Shown: positions 34,721 to 48,025, counted from the stretch's first letter. The stretch: DNA of 64,000 nucleotides from Mobula hypostoma (GCF_963921235.1 NC_086097.1:127598001-127662000); one strand, 5' to 3'. Notes: a model not told the origin generated them from the sequence alone. Translations and numbers: made by a program.

Positions 34721-37700
34721 ATCAGACAGAAGTATCTTGCGATCTCTGACATTAAAGCCCTCTTCTGTATCTTTATGCTATTCCTACTCTAGTTTTATCA
34801 TCATTGCAAACACCAAAAGCAATATTAAGCAAGTAGTAATAGAGACAGGTTTGCTTTAATTGGTAAGGAAATAACTGCAGATGATGGAATTTTGAAATAA
34901 AAACGGGAGATACTCAGCAGGTCAGGAAGCATCTGATGGGTAGAAGCAGATTGTTCTGAAACACTATTTCTGTTTCTCCCTCGCTGGTGTTGTCTGACTT
35001 CAGTATCCCAGAATTCCTGTTTGCTCTCTGTTGGTTACACCATCGAACCAATGGATAATATCTACCGTGGTTGAATGGAACTCCAGCATATTGAAGCCAA
35101 ACATGTCCAATTTCTCCTTTAGCCAGATGATTGTTGATTCACTCATGGCACTGTGCTACCCTGACAGGCAGCCATCAGGACAAGAAAAGTGCCTTCTCCA
35201 ATGCCCTTCATTATTTACAATTAATTGTACCCTCCCTCCTTTCCTTAAACATGCAGCATGGAACTGACCTTTAAATGATAGAGATGGACAACTGGATTTC
35301 TCCAAGGTAAAAATGCCTGCACTACAGGCCTCATACCTGTACATTTGGATGTCTTGTTTAGTTCCATAAAGATAGTAAAGGGAGGCCCCTGCTTCCTTCT
35401 GAACAAGGCAAGCATCACCTCTTTTGGTGAATTGTAATATTGCAGGAACTAGGTACACGGTTTGCTCTACTTAAAGATTGCTTCGGACTGATATGGTTAG
35501 GAAGTTCAACTTTTGGTAACCTTCCTGACCTTTATTGTTTGGCTTTTCTTTCAGCTAGAGGCTCAGTTTTCAATGTGCTCCTCAAAACTGCCTGCCCACA
35601 TCATCCCCACCCTCCTCCCAACCTCCCTTCACTCTTCACTTTCATAGAAAGTTAGGCATTATGACAAAGTATCAGGTTACAGGACACTAGGAAGCTGGAA
35701 AGCCTCCCAAGAACTCCCTTGAGAGGCTAGCCTGCTCCTTGGAGACTGGTGTGATAGAGTTCTATTGCATGCCTGAGAACACCTTTGTTTCCCCGTTGAC
35801 TCCAGGCCGGAATGCTGCTTGGTTTAAGTAGAGTGTGATGTTGCTCTGGTAAGTGAATGACGTGCTTGTAATTTGTAAATAGAAATTCCATTAGTAAACT
35901 TTTAAATTCTTTTATACTTTGCTCCGTTGTATCATCTTGCTTTTAGATTCAAATGTTTTAATATTTCTGAGTTCAGACTGTTCTTTAAAGACATTACTTC
36001 TTTCTCAGTGATGACATCACTGTTCCTGCACTTGTACTGTTTTATGTTCTATGTTCTATCAGACCATTTTAATAAATTACATTTCAAAAAATCAGTGTCT
36101 GCTCATCTTGAGTTAATAGGAGGACAGGGATCAGAAGAAGAGAGGAAATTATGAAATTGGGTTACAATGGTAGCTCTATGAGGAGAAATGCTGCCACATT
36201 CAAATTTGGGGCTGGCCATTTATAGTTCTAAGATTAGCGGGAGACAATCATTTAAAGCCTCGGGTGTGTCTGGAAAGGTTCTCTCAGAAGATGGTGAATC
36301 TCTGGAACTTTCTAAATTGCAAGATTATGGAGTTTAAATCACTGAGAGGACTTGTAGAGGAATTAAGTAAATCTTTATAGGTCAGGAAATTGAAGGGTTA
36401 GGGACCAGGAACTGAAGAAAAGTGAGACCCAGGGCAGATGAGCTGTGATCATATTGAGTGGTAGATCAGGTCTGATGGGCAGAGTGGCCTACTTCTACTC
36501 CCATTTTCTTGTGTCCTTATAACATTAAAAGTTCTAATGTGATTCATGACCTTTGAACTAGCTAATTAATCAGAGTCAGGACCATAAATTATCAATCTGT
36601 AACCAACTACTGATTATTTGGAGTCATGGTGCAGTTAGGATGTGGACGCTTGTGGATAGCTCACTCGACAGAGTCCAGTTGAAAAGCAGCAGGTTTAATT
36701 GGACTGAAGAACATGAAGATAGAAAGCAGAGTGCATAGAGCTGTGATTTGTAACTTCAAAAACTAATCGAAAGAAAAATATGGAAGCCAGGGATAAATGT
36801 GTCTAATCTCCTCAACTGATTGAAGTGTTGTCTCCAGATGACATCTGATGCAATCTCCACTGTGTTGGAGAATGGTCCAGTTCTGCCTTAATCGTTCCAA
36901 GCACCCTCTTTTAATCATCTCGGTAGTCTCTCGCCAGGACTGTTTGTCCAGGAGTGAAACATCAAGCCTCCTTGTTTGAGGAGCCTTCAATTTATCTCTG
37001 CTGTTTGTCCTGTCTACTCCTTCTGAGATTGAGTTTGAGGAGATCCAAACATGTGTGCAGGGGATGACCCAGGCACAGCATAGCTGGGAAGTTATTGGCT
37101 GTGGAGTGGGCTGCATTGCGATAAACAAGGAGGAAATTTGTCAGCTCCTGATTCGGTGTTAGGATAGTGTGTTCTGCTGACATTGCTTGCAGTGCAGATT
37201 TCAGACTCTGGATAAACCTTTCCACCAATCCATTTGTTGCCAGGTGACATGGTGCAGATGTAATATGTCTTATCCTATTTATTTTCAGGAATGACTGAAA
37301 GTGTTCCACGGCAAGCTGTGGCCCACTGTCACTGACTAAGTGTTGTGGCAAAATCCTCTGTTAGGGCAATGGAGGCCAGCAATAGGGATGGAGAGGCACT
37401 GTGCTTGGCACATGATGGCATTCCTAACGGCGCATGGCAATCTGCTTGATTTGCTGATCTATCCTAGGCCACCAGACAAAGCTTTGGGCCAATGCTTTCA
37501 TTTTGACCACGCCTACAGGAACGGCATGAAGCTCCTCCAAAATTCTAGATCTCAGCTTGCAAGGTACAACTCTCAGTCCCCGCATAAAAAAAACCCTTGT
37601 CAAGGACAAGTTCATACCAGCGCTGATAAAGATGGGGAAACTGCAATTTCTGCTGCACGTTCCAGCCATTTTGGGTAGTCATGTAGACCTGAAACAGTGT

Positions 37701-37826
37701 GGGGTCTTTTCTTGTTCCCTTTTGGATCATCTGCCATAATAGTGAGACTTCCGATTTGCATTAGGGAGAATACATCAAGTGTCCTCTTTTGTAAATGTTT
37801 CAGATATTTCCTTTTCCAAGGGTTAA

Positions 37827-38148
37827 TCAAAGGTTCATTTATTATCAAGGCATATATCCATATACAACTCTGAAATTTGTCTTCTCCAGATAGCTGCAAA
37901 ACAAAGAAAGAATAGGAAAATAGTTCAGAGACAAACATGAAACCCTGCACAAAAAAGAATAACATCTTGATCATCAACCCACCAAACCCCCTTCTCCCAC
38001 ACAAAAGCAGAATAAGAATGCCGGCCCCCCAAAAAACAACCCCTCCCCCCCACAAAAAAACTAACAGAACAACAACCCCCCAAACACCCTCCTCTCACAC
38101 AACAAAATGGAAAGGAACAGGCAAAAAAAAACACATAACATAAAATCA
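37827..38148 (-). mobile_element. Non-coding retroposon with Rex1-like tail, inserted in Gypsy RNase H
   Basis: Same tail as 16821-17108. Interrupts the HGN.DGLS|LPLE-like segment of pol. Confidence 0.65.
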
Positions 38149-40622
38149 TAATGAGATAATCCATCACCATTTCCATGATAAGTTATCCTTTTCAATTTGA
38201 TCTTGTAATTGTGTCCTCCAAGAAGCAGCCCATCTCTGTATTTGTGCTGTTGTTAGTGGAACACCCTTCAGTAGATTGCAAATGGACACTATTGGTTGAT
38301 TATTCAGTAATGAGGATAAACTCCCTCCCATACAGGTACTGGTTAAAATGTTTTACACCCCAAATCAGACTCAAGGCCCCACTATCAATCTGTGCATAAT
38401 TTTTCTCTGCAGCAGTAAGGGATCATGATGCAAAGTCTAAGGGCTGTTCACTTCCATCACCTGTATCATAATGTGAGGTACACAGGCAAGCTTCAGTGGG
38501 CGATAGGGATTATAAAGTGTGAGTACAGTGTCTTTTGTCACCATTTCCTTTACCATTTCGAAATCCACCTCACACTTCTCTGTCCATTGCCATTTCTTCC
38601 CAATCTGTAGTAATGAGTTCAAGGTGTGGAGCACAGTAACATCCAGGTATGGCAGGAATCTGTTACGGTAATTGACAAATCCGAAAAAGGACCACACCTT
38701 TGACATGTCCTTTGACGTTGGGCATCCGCTATTGTTTGAATTTACTTTGCGTTTCAATGGTGTGACCATAGTAAATGATGCTTGGTTTAAAGAATTCACA
38801 CTTATTGCATTGTACCCCGAGCCCAAATCTTCGAATCTTTTTGACATTGTCTTGAGATTTTGGGGATGTTCCTTGTCGTCCTCACCAGAAACTAGTTACT
38901 GGTGAGGATGACAAGGAGCATCTTAGCTACTGGTGCTGGAGTGCAGGTGCAGATGCTACTCGAAAAATAAACCTTTTATAGTGATAAAGCCTTTTGAGTG
39001 TGTTTATAGTGAGAAGCACCTTGGACTCTTGTTGCTTCTCCATCCCAGCTAAGTCCACTTTGTTGAAGTATTTTCCTTCACAAAGGTTTGCCAAGATATC
39101 CCCTATCCAGGGCAGAGGGTATTAATCTACTTTCACTACTGGGTTGATGGTGATCTTATGATTACCACAGATCATGACAGACACATTCTTCTTGGCTCCT
39201 ATGGCCACTGGCATTGCCCATGGGCTCCACTCAGACTTGGAAAGAATTGGTCAGCCTCCAAGCAATCTAGCTAATGGCTACTTTATCACAGCTGGTATAA
39301 GGAACCGGATGGGCTTTGTAAAATTTGGGTGTGGCATTTTCATTTAACACTATTTTACCCATGACGTGCTTGAGTTTTGCTAGAATGTTGCTGTGGTTTC
39401 ATCCAGTACCTTTCTTAATTCACTCTCAGTTGACTCTGTTGCAGGGGATGAGGCAGGCAAATGGTGGATGGATCTCCAATGAAGTGGCAGTTGTTTCAGC
39501 CAATCATGTCCCCTCAGTGCTGACCCTCTTGTTTTTAGAACATACATGCCCAATGTAGCCTGTTGGTTCTTTAATTTCATTGTTACAAATGTCATTCCCA
39601 CAGGAGTTATTTTTTTCTCCAGTATAAGTTCTTGCTTGGATATCTGCAGGGTTTAGTTCAATATCTTTGAAATGCCTTTCAGACTCATTTTGTGGAATGA
39701 CTGAAACCGCCAAGCCAGTGTCCAGTATTCCATTTTAATTAATTTGCTATTCATTTCTGGTGGAAGCCATATTGCTTTTCTCTTATTAGTTTTCACATTG
39801 TAAATTGCAAGGCTACCTCGTCCTTTGTCACTCTCATCATTATCAGATTTTTCATTGACAGCATGAAAATTAGTGTTCAATTTGAAACTTTTTCTCTTTC
39901 CTATGTAGTCCATTTTTTATCTGCTGAATGTGCTCTTTGTATGTGTCCTGCTCTGTTGCATATTCTGCTAGTTTCAGCTATAAACCTGTATCGATCTGAT
40001 GTATGAGAGCGCCTGCCACAACGGCAACATAATTTGTTCAGCCGGGCAGGCTTCTGTTTAGAGATTTCTATTTTGTTCACGCTCACTTTCATTCCAGGTT
40101 GCAACTCAATTGCACCTCTCGCTGCAGTTTCCATTGATATAGTGATTTCAACTGTTCTTTTAAATGTGAGTTGTTCTTCAATTAGGAACAATTTTTCTTG
40201 TAAGATTCCAGAAACTAAATGATTTCTTAGTGCATCATTAAGCCCATTACTGAACTGACAATGCTTGGAGAATTTCTTGCGTTCAGCCATGTAAGCTGAA
40301 ATGGACTGCCCTTCCTTTTGATTTTCGTTATGAATTCTAAAGTTTTCAGCAATTAACAATGGTTTTGGTCCTAAATGTTTTTGTATTGCTTTCATAATAT
40401 CAGCAAAGCTCATCTTGGCTGGTTTGGTTGGAGCAGTTAAACTTTTAAACAAATGGTATGTCTTTCCATCAACTGTACTCAGCAAAACTGACACTCACTT
40501 GTACATTGCTATTTCACTTGCTTCAAAATACTGCTGAAGTCATTCAGTATACATCACCCAGTCATCTGCTGTTCAGACGAACACAATTACTGTATCTTTC
40601 CAATGTAGCTAGACATTTCTGC

Positions 40623-40693
40623 TATTTATTTATTTATTTATTTATTTATTTATTCATTCATTCATTCATTCATTCATTCATCATCATCATCAT
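40623..40693. repeat. Compound microsatellite (TATT)n(CATT)n(CAT)n
   Basis: Directly visible, inside the Gypsy 5' leader. Confidence 0.9.
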
Positions 40694-41254
40694 CTGCTAC
40701 TCACTGTTTATGAACTCACGAATTTCATCCTGTTTTCACCTTTTTTCTTCAAAATTTTGACTGTCTCCTCTTCTAAAGAAACACGTCCTATACTTTGTTG
40801 AACACTAACATCTTGCTACATGTCAACAGGTAGGTCATCGTTTCAGGCTCATTTTAAAACTTCCTCATCCCACTGTTGTTTTTTGTAATTTCAAAAACTA
40901 ATCAAAAGGAAAATATGGGAGCCAGGGATAAATGTATCTACTTTAGTGAGGTGTGCACATATGACGTGGTGCCATAATGATATGACGTGGCAGTATGCAA
41001 TTCACATACTTTTACTTATAACCTGCAATGAATTATGTAAACAACAAAGAATGCTTAATCAGCAATATATTTGCAATATTACTCAAATATTACTGAAATA
41101 TTAAATACACGGCACATAGGAGTGATCTCAAAAATCTAATTCCAAGTCAGGGTCATAAAAATGATGAACCAAGTGACTAAAACCTCTTGAGTTTTATTGT
41201 TAGTTGATGTATCATCTGAGCTCTCTATTATGTCACTGCTTTTAACAGAAAAGA

Positions 41255-41550
41255 TTATTATAGGGTTGCCTTTCACAATGTCTCAAAGCATTTTATAAGC
41301 AATGAAATTTGTTATTGTTGGTAATTGGAGTCATTATAGTTAAGTAAGAAATTTGGCACGTGCACTGAGATCCCACCACAATGCACTTATGACCATGTGT
41401 AGGTGATGTTGAACAAGGAAAGAAAATTGACCTCCAGAGTGGGAATAATTTATTCTTGGCAGTGGTACTGAATCTTTTACTTCTGAGGAAAGGAGGCTCT
41501 TCAGAGGGTTAACATCTCTAATTGCTTCTGGATTTTAGTCAGTTTGCTCT
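41255..41550 (-). mobile_element. Ancient Deu-domain SINE remnant
   Basis: TGCCTTTCACAATGTCTCAAAGCATTTTATAAGCAATGAA...AATTTGGCAC...GATCCCAC...GTGATGTTGA...ATCTTTTAC follows the same order as 23680-23975 and 52770-52995. Confidence 0.45.
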
Positions 41551-42749
41551 CCAAAAGTAAAGTAACCTACACAATTTTATAACAAAACTGAAAGCATGTA
41601 TGCCTGCTTTTTATGTTGGAAAGCTGTAGATCAGGGCCAGGTGTTTACACTGTAATGATGGCAGTATTATCTATGGTTGCTGACACTGTGCTGTGAAAAC
41701 GGCTTTGGGATTTGGGCAAATCGCTATTTTTCCTTGGATTCACTAGAGTTGCTGTTAGGCCTTCTGCTCTCCCCTCCACCCATTGGGATCTCCCCTGCAA
41801 TTGAGAAAAATAAGTAAATTGATGAAAATTTCAAATATTTAGTATGAAAAGCAACAAGGCCATAAAATTAACCTTTGGAATCACTGCAAGTAAAAACTAC
41901 ACATCTGAGCAGTTAAAAAATAATGAAACTTACTGGAAGAACGATAACAGTCAATTTGAAGAGTTCACGTTTGCAGGAACATTCTCCAGCATATGATCAT
42001 TTGTACTGTATGATGTCTTATTAACCAGGACTAACCTTTGTGTGAAATGAACCATTAATTCCATGCTTCAGAATAAAGGTTTTTACATTGCAAACAAATG
42101 GAAAAAAGAAGGCATGGAAGGTTGCTGGAACCAGATATTTTTTGCACATAAGTAAATTAATGTGAGATGCTTCTGTAGAAAATCGGGTCATTGCTGGGCT
42201 GAATGGAAGTCTTGGAAACTCAAGAGAATACAGATGCTGGAATCTAGAGTAACATACAAACAGGAGGAATTCCGTGATCATGAGGCCAGCATTTTGGTTC
42301 ATCTGAACCAAACGAAAGGTCTCAACCTGCTTTCCTGTAGCTTGTTGTATGCTGATGAATAGAAGATTTGAAGATTACTAAGAAGGACTCAGCTAATTGT
42401 TGAACTTACATGCATGATCCAATTATTAATCTTAATTGCAAAAATCAACATTTGCATGGAGTCGGGCAATTCCTCAATATCTGGGGGTGTTCCCAGGATG
42501 AGGAGTAGTGAGCGCACTAGGGATCATTTACTGCTCCTTCTCAATATGCTTACCTTAATACACGTTTCTTATTATAATTTACTGAGTTTCTTTCTTACTT
42601 ATTGCAATGTGCTTTGCCACATAACAACAGATTTCACCACATATGCCGGTGATATTAAACCAGATTCTGATTCTGATTCTGAACTGCTCCTCTCTCATGA
42701 AGGCTGTTGTCTGGACTAGTACGTCTCCCACAGCTAGACCTTGTTTTAC

Positions 42750-43390
42750 CATGAATACAACAATCATTGCACCATGACAATCATCTGTATCACTACTAGT
42801 ACTTTTGTCACCTCTGCTATCACTACCACAACTAGCAGTATGTATATTTAGCAATGAAATTACTAATACTTCTACAACTGCAAAACATATTACCTTAACT
42901 AGCATTACTGCTGTAACCATTACCATTATAAGTACTACCAGCACCCTGATTATTATAACTACTATTGCACTTAATATTACGGATAGTAACACAGGCACCA
43001 GATCATTATTATTAATACTGGTATTGCTAGCATCCTAAGATTAGTAAAATTCTAACAATTGTAACCACCAGCTTTGCTATAGTTGAAGGTACTATTGTAT
43101 CAAATATCATAACTGGTATTACTTAAACCCTGATTAGAATTCCAAGTAATTTATCAACATGTTCCTCTTGAAATTGCTGTACCCTGGTGTTACTCAGGGC
43201 TCTAGCTAGTAATATTGGTAATTAGCACATTATTACAATGTGATTAGAATTATCAATACTATAACTGCTATTGCTGCATGTAGGACTAAAATGCTGATTA
43301 GCATTACTAACAATAGTAAGAGCACTATTATTATCATGTAAGAGCATATTATTGTCAATCATTGCAACAATTCCTACCAGCAACAATAGC
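42750..43390. repeat. Low-complexity degenerate ACT/ATT/AGT trinucleotide tract
   Basis: Recurring ATTACT/ACTATT/AGTA words. Translates as Thr/Ile-rich runs broken by stops. Confidence 0.6.
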
Positions 43391-43619
43391 AGGAAACTTC
43401 GGGGTCCAAACTCATTATGAGATACTGTTGTATACAGGATCAGACACTAGGTGGCTCCACAGACCAACAACTGGAACTTCATCATGTGACGATGTCACAA
43501 TGGCTGCCCCTGACTTGTCCTTATTTCTGTGCTTAGTTTTCTCCACTGTCTTGCTTTGACATGAGCCTTGTTTACAGAGCTCCATTGACACTACCCTGAC
43601 TGCCCTCACAGATGTTACT

Positions 43620-44085
43620 TGAGTCTCTCTGTTGGCCAGGGTCGAGCATGAGCATTGCATCCTAGTTGCCTACATGATACGCAAGCCAGGGCAGTATGAT
43701 ACGGAGAGCGAGCTGTTGTCCATGTAACAGGCTCCCCCACTCTACACTGCTGGCAAGTCCAAAGGAGCAGCAGAGCCCGATACAGTTTGGCACCAGTGGC
43801 ATTGCAGGAATTGCCAGTCAGCGTTAAACTTAACATAGGACTGCCTTAGAGACTCCAGCTCCGGACTTTTCCACAGGGTTTACTCCCGAAGCCTTCCCCA
43901 AGGCAGCAGAGGTCTGAGATCAGGAATCGCCATCTCTTAGGTGAGCTGGCAACCACAGCTGACGAGCCCCATCTCTCCAAAGCAACTGGTTTTAAGGCAC
44001 CAGTAATGTGTTTTTGCCCCTTCCCCTGTCACTAGAAATGGATCTGCCGGACTTAGTAACTAAGCCACACGTGAAGGCCAGGAGC
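43620..44085 (-). mobile_element. Probable RTE-clade LINE 5' region or derived non-autonomous repeat
   Basis: CAGTTTGGCACCAG, GGGTTTACTCCCGAAGCCTTCCCC and GCTGACGAGCCCC resemble RTE-associated leader repeats, from recall only. No ORF. Confidence 0.4.
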
Positions 44086-45974
44086 TTTTTCATACAATGC
44101 AGGATTAGCACTCATTCCTTTAAATAGTATATTCATGAAGTGCGTGAGTGGATGTTATATAGGACCCAGCCACAGTGTCCAGTGACAGCCAGACTTCAGG
44201 CTGTGGTCCTTCTCTACAGAAACTCTGCAATGGCTGTACGAAGTTTAGGCGCATCTCTCAGCACATAGTCTCACGCCCTGGCAGGGTTGGTGAACACTTT
44301 CACTATTCAGCAGATAACACCCTTAAGGAACAACACCTCTTACTACCACTGCCATGGGGGACTGTTCCTTCAGCATTGCTCTGTGGTCTGAGCCCAAATT
44401 CTAAACTCTGGCATTCTTGCACTTTAAAGAGAGAACAAGCTGAAATGCCAGAACTGCAAAACAAAAAAAAAAAGTTTTGCATCTTATTTCATTTGTGAGC
44501 CATGGTTGGTGAAGGATTTTTTGGGCAATGGACATGAGGCTGTGGTGGTAAGATTTCAGAATGATTTCTAGTTGGTTTTCATTAACAGGCTTGTTAGCAG
44601 GCATACCTTACCCAGAAAAAATAACACCTTATCTCATGTGGATCCTACACGAGTTAGATGACACTCTCAAGAACAGCTTTTAAATATCCAGTTCTGGACT
44701 AACTTTGGCTGACATCAGCGAAGGGAGTGTTGCAAAAATTATGGAAATGTTTGAATCTCGCTCTGCTTTGAAAGTCACCCAGTCAAAATCCCCCTCAGAT
44801 CCCTCAAGAAACTGAACTACTATTTATTTCCAACTGTAACGGGATTTGCAGGATGTCAACCATGGCCCACACAGGAGGTTCCTTTCATTATCAAAATGCT
44901 TGTCCTTGTCATCTCTTCATTAGCTGCTTCCTTTGGCTTCTAGTTTATCAATCAAGGGGTGCCAACACGATGGTGTCCAAGGCATAAGTTTGCTGCGACT
45001 ACCTCTCGGCTGATTTCCGGAACAATGCGGTCAGCAGTGCACATCCAATTTACTCCGAGCAGATGTGTGTGAGTGGCTGTGTTTTTAGCTATTCAAAACA
45101 CAGAAAGCCACCAAACCACCCTGCCTATTATGAGGAAGGCTCAAGGCCAAGAGGTCAGGACACTAATGACAAAATTAGGTCGTGATTCTGACCCTAAGTA
45201 TTTTGATTTGTGAAACTGAATTCCAGTCCCCTCTTCCCTTGAATTTATCTTTGTTTTACACAGCTGATCCTAATCAGATTATCACACCAGTGTATAAAGT
45301 ATAAACTGTAGACCCTCTTAGCACAGGGGCTTGTCTGTTGCCGCAACAGAACTTGCAGATTACCTCTTAGTCTTTCATTTGGATGTGTTTCTATTTTTTA
45401 AATTCTTCACTTTGTCTTCTCTTGGCCTCTTCTTACACCATGAAGTATTCTAAACAAAAACTATGACTGACGGTAAAAAAATAAACGTTTGTTGGTGAGG
45501 GAGACATGGAGCTAGCTGGGTTGTGCTGCAGTCAGAGGAGAAATCACAGCACTGAAAGGCAGCATGTGAGGCTGGCATCAGGGCAATAGCAAATTGTTCC
45601 AGCAGCTTCACCAGGCAAGAAACTGCAAGCTCCGGGCTCCAGTTCCACTCACAGTGGCCTCAAGTCTTGGGGAAGCTCAGGGCTAAATGCTGGAATCAGT
45701 TGGGTGTGGGAAGGAGGTTGGGCTGGGGTAAGATTCTTGGGGGCAACTGTACCGGCAGTGACTGCCTGTGCCCTGTGACTTTGGGTTGGCATCTTAATTT
45801 GTTCTCAGCTGCTTTGGCTAAGTCAGCAAGGCACAGAAAAAAATGGGTGAAGCATTCTGCCTTGGAAATTCTGAAGTCATTGAAATTTGGAAAAGAAAGA
45901 ACAATGTGGAGGCACTGCTCTAAATGTGTGTTTAGCACTTGCTGCTGGTGGCTGTCTCCTATGGTTCCCTCCTA

Positions 45975-46210
45975 GACCATGGTTATGTTGATCTGGTAAC
46001 CCTAAGAAGACCCTAATTAGTCACCCCTTGACATGATAACCCTAAACCCAACCCTGGTTAAGCAGAACTTGATTTGTTAACCTGGAAAGCAGCCTGGTTA
46101 AATGCACTTTCATCTCAGAGTCCTGGTTAGTCACACAATGACCTAGTATTGTTGAAGAGACCTTGTTTAAGAACATCTGATGTGGTAATCTAGAACAGAC
46201 CCTGGCTTAA
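45975..46210. repeat. Degenerate ~30-42 bp minisatellite, ~7 units
   Basis: GACCCTGGTTA-like core at 45975, 46009, 46051, 46091, 46120, 46159 and 46198. Confidence 0.55.
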
Positions 46211-46892
46211 TATCTTAACAACCCTTAATCGCTTTATAATCGACACTAATGATATCTCTATATTCCCACATTTAACAATAAGCAGGTCTTTTCGAGTAAC
46301 TGCTGACACTTCTGTGATGGAGTGACCACAACACTTAGCTTTCATGTGGCTGTAACCAAGAAGTTGTCTCTGTCCTTGACTGGAATCCGCATTCTAATCC
46401 CCTTCTGATACTTGAACCACTCGCTGTCTATGTGAAACCCTTCCCAGTTTGGACGAGTGGACGGGCATCAGTATGCCTGCATTACTTGACTGGCAGAATG
46501 TTCTTCCAGCTGGCATTGAGTTGAGGATGTTCAACAAAGATGCTTATTGTTCAGTGCGTTCAGCAGAACACCATACGCATGTATTAGGATGCTTGCTGGC
46601 AGGGTCGCTGAATATTTTTAAGAGAGTGATAGGTTACCAGGAGTAGGTTGGAATCTGAAATTGAAGTCACTGTCAGATCAGCCATGAGTAGCAGACCAAG
46701 CATGAGGAGCTGAGTGGCTTTCTCCTTCTCCTTATTCACATATTTGAATGTAAAATTTTACATCAGGTTACTGAGCTAACACATTATAACATAATTGCAC
46801 AATGCTCTGATATGGCCGAAGATTGTGCAAATCACAATAACAATTCAACTTCTCCTTTTCTTTTCAATTGTATCTAGATATAATTATAAACA

Positions 46893-47465
46893 AGTCTGAA
46901 GGCACACACTCAACGATTCAGGAACTGCTTCTTCCCCTCCGCCATCTGATTCCTGAATGGACATTGAACCCGTGAACACTACCTCACTACCTTTGTTTTA
47001 TTTTTGCACTACTTATACGTCGAGAGCCGGGAGGACATCACAAGCGATCGCTCTCGCTGGAGGCTGGACCTACGCAGAGGTGTAAAAAGAGGAGAAGAGA
47101 AGCTGAGGCTTGCTGCTGAAGAAAAGCACACTCGTCGGAAAAACAGCACCAAGACAACACTGGAGGACAGCGCCTTCAAGTGCAGTCGCTGCAGCTGAGA
47201 CTGTCACTCCCATGTGGGCCTCTACAGCCACAACAGGCGCTGCTCTACCAACACAGGCTTTCCAGGCGCAGATCCATGGTCTCGCGAGACTAACAGATGC
47301 TACAACAACAACTTATTTAATTTGTTAATATACTGTATATACTTATTGTAATTCATGTTTTTTTTCTCTATTATTATGTTTTGCATTATACTGCTGCCGC
47401 AAAGGCAACGAATTTCACGACATATGCTGCTGATATTAAACCTGATTTTGATTCTGATTCTGATA
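46893..47465 (+). mobile_element. Rex1-type 3' end, split by an RTE insertion
   Basis: Matches 20860-21137 (TCTGAAGGCACACACTCAAC...; ATTAAACCTGATT.TGATTCTGA tail). Confidence 0.75.
47017..47310 (+). mobile_element. RTE-clade LINE 3' end with C2H2 zinc finger and (CAA)n tail
   Basis: EDITSDRSRWR...FKCSRCS*DCHSHVGLYSHNRRC. Tail ACAACAACA. TSD ACTTAT (47011-47016 / 47311-47316). Confidence 0.75.
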
Positions 47466-47564
47466 ATCTGTAAAATTCACACAACTGAAATGTGGAAGAA
47501 AACTTAGACTTGTGCAGTGTTACTGGAGCATTTTTTTTCTGAGGCATCAAAAATAACATGTAAC

Positions 47565-48025
47565 TTTTCAGTCCAGATGAACTGTCTCAACCTGAAGCGT
47601 TGATTGGCCTTTTCCTGCCGTGGTTACAGCCTGATATTTCGAGTTCCTCCAGATTTTTTCCTGTTACTTCATTTTACAGAATCTGCAGTCTCCCGTGCCT
47701 CCATTTTGCTACTCTGCTTCAAAGTCTTTTGAGGGTCTGCCCACTTTCAGCAAGTTTCAGTCCTCTTTTTGACGGAAGTTCTGTGAGACCCGCTCTCACT
47801 GCTCACTCTCTCTTCTGTTGCTCTCCTCTCACTTCGACTCACAGCTCCTGCTCCATCCCTTCCCTCCACCTCTTTATACCAGCTACCTCCCCTCTGTCTT
47901 TCAGTCCAGTTGAAGGGTTTAGAATCGATATGTCAGCTGTCCTACCCCTCTCGGTAGATGCTGAATGATCTGTGGAGTTCCCCAAGTGTGTTGCTCCAGG
48001 TTCCAGCATCTGCTCTTTCCTGTGT
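47565..48025 (+). mobile_element. Two old Penelope-type pseudo-LTR fragments (47565-47700, 47830-48025) with decayed hammerheads
   Basis: CAGTCCAGATGAA...GAAGCGTTGATTG and CAGTCCAGTTGAAGGG...GATATGTCAGCTG, each followed by GAGTTCC... and ATCTGC tail words. Confidence 0.55.

Larger units (their letters stand above)
36738..41114 (-). mobile_element. Decayed Gypsy LTR retrotransposon (Mag-like): 5' LTR, gag, PR, RT, RNase H, IN, partial 3' LTR
   Basis: 5' LTR at 40874-41114, followed by a PBS-like TGGGATGAGG. Gag ORF 39901-40494 has CCHC remnants. PR ...AVSVI; RT INP..KVD.YPLP and FFGFVNYR; IN KMKALAQSFVWWPRID, VSDSGPQ and ATNGLVERF. LTR end repeated at ~36745-36805. CATA at both flanks is a possible TSD. 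Confidence 0.9.

Noticed and set aside
39901..40494. 197-aa ORF as a domesticated gag gene
   Set aside because: It sits in a decayed provirus with broken zinc knuckles and upstream frameshifts, with no sign of preservation.
42579..43038. Membrane protein (minus) or mucin (plus) ORFs
   Set aside because: Both are by-products of a degenerate trinucleotide tract, and the minus ORF runs into a Rex tail.
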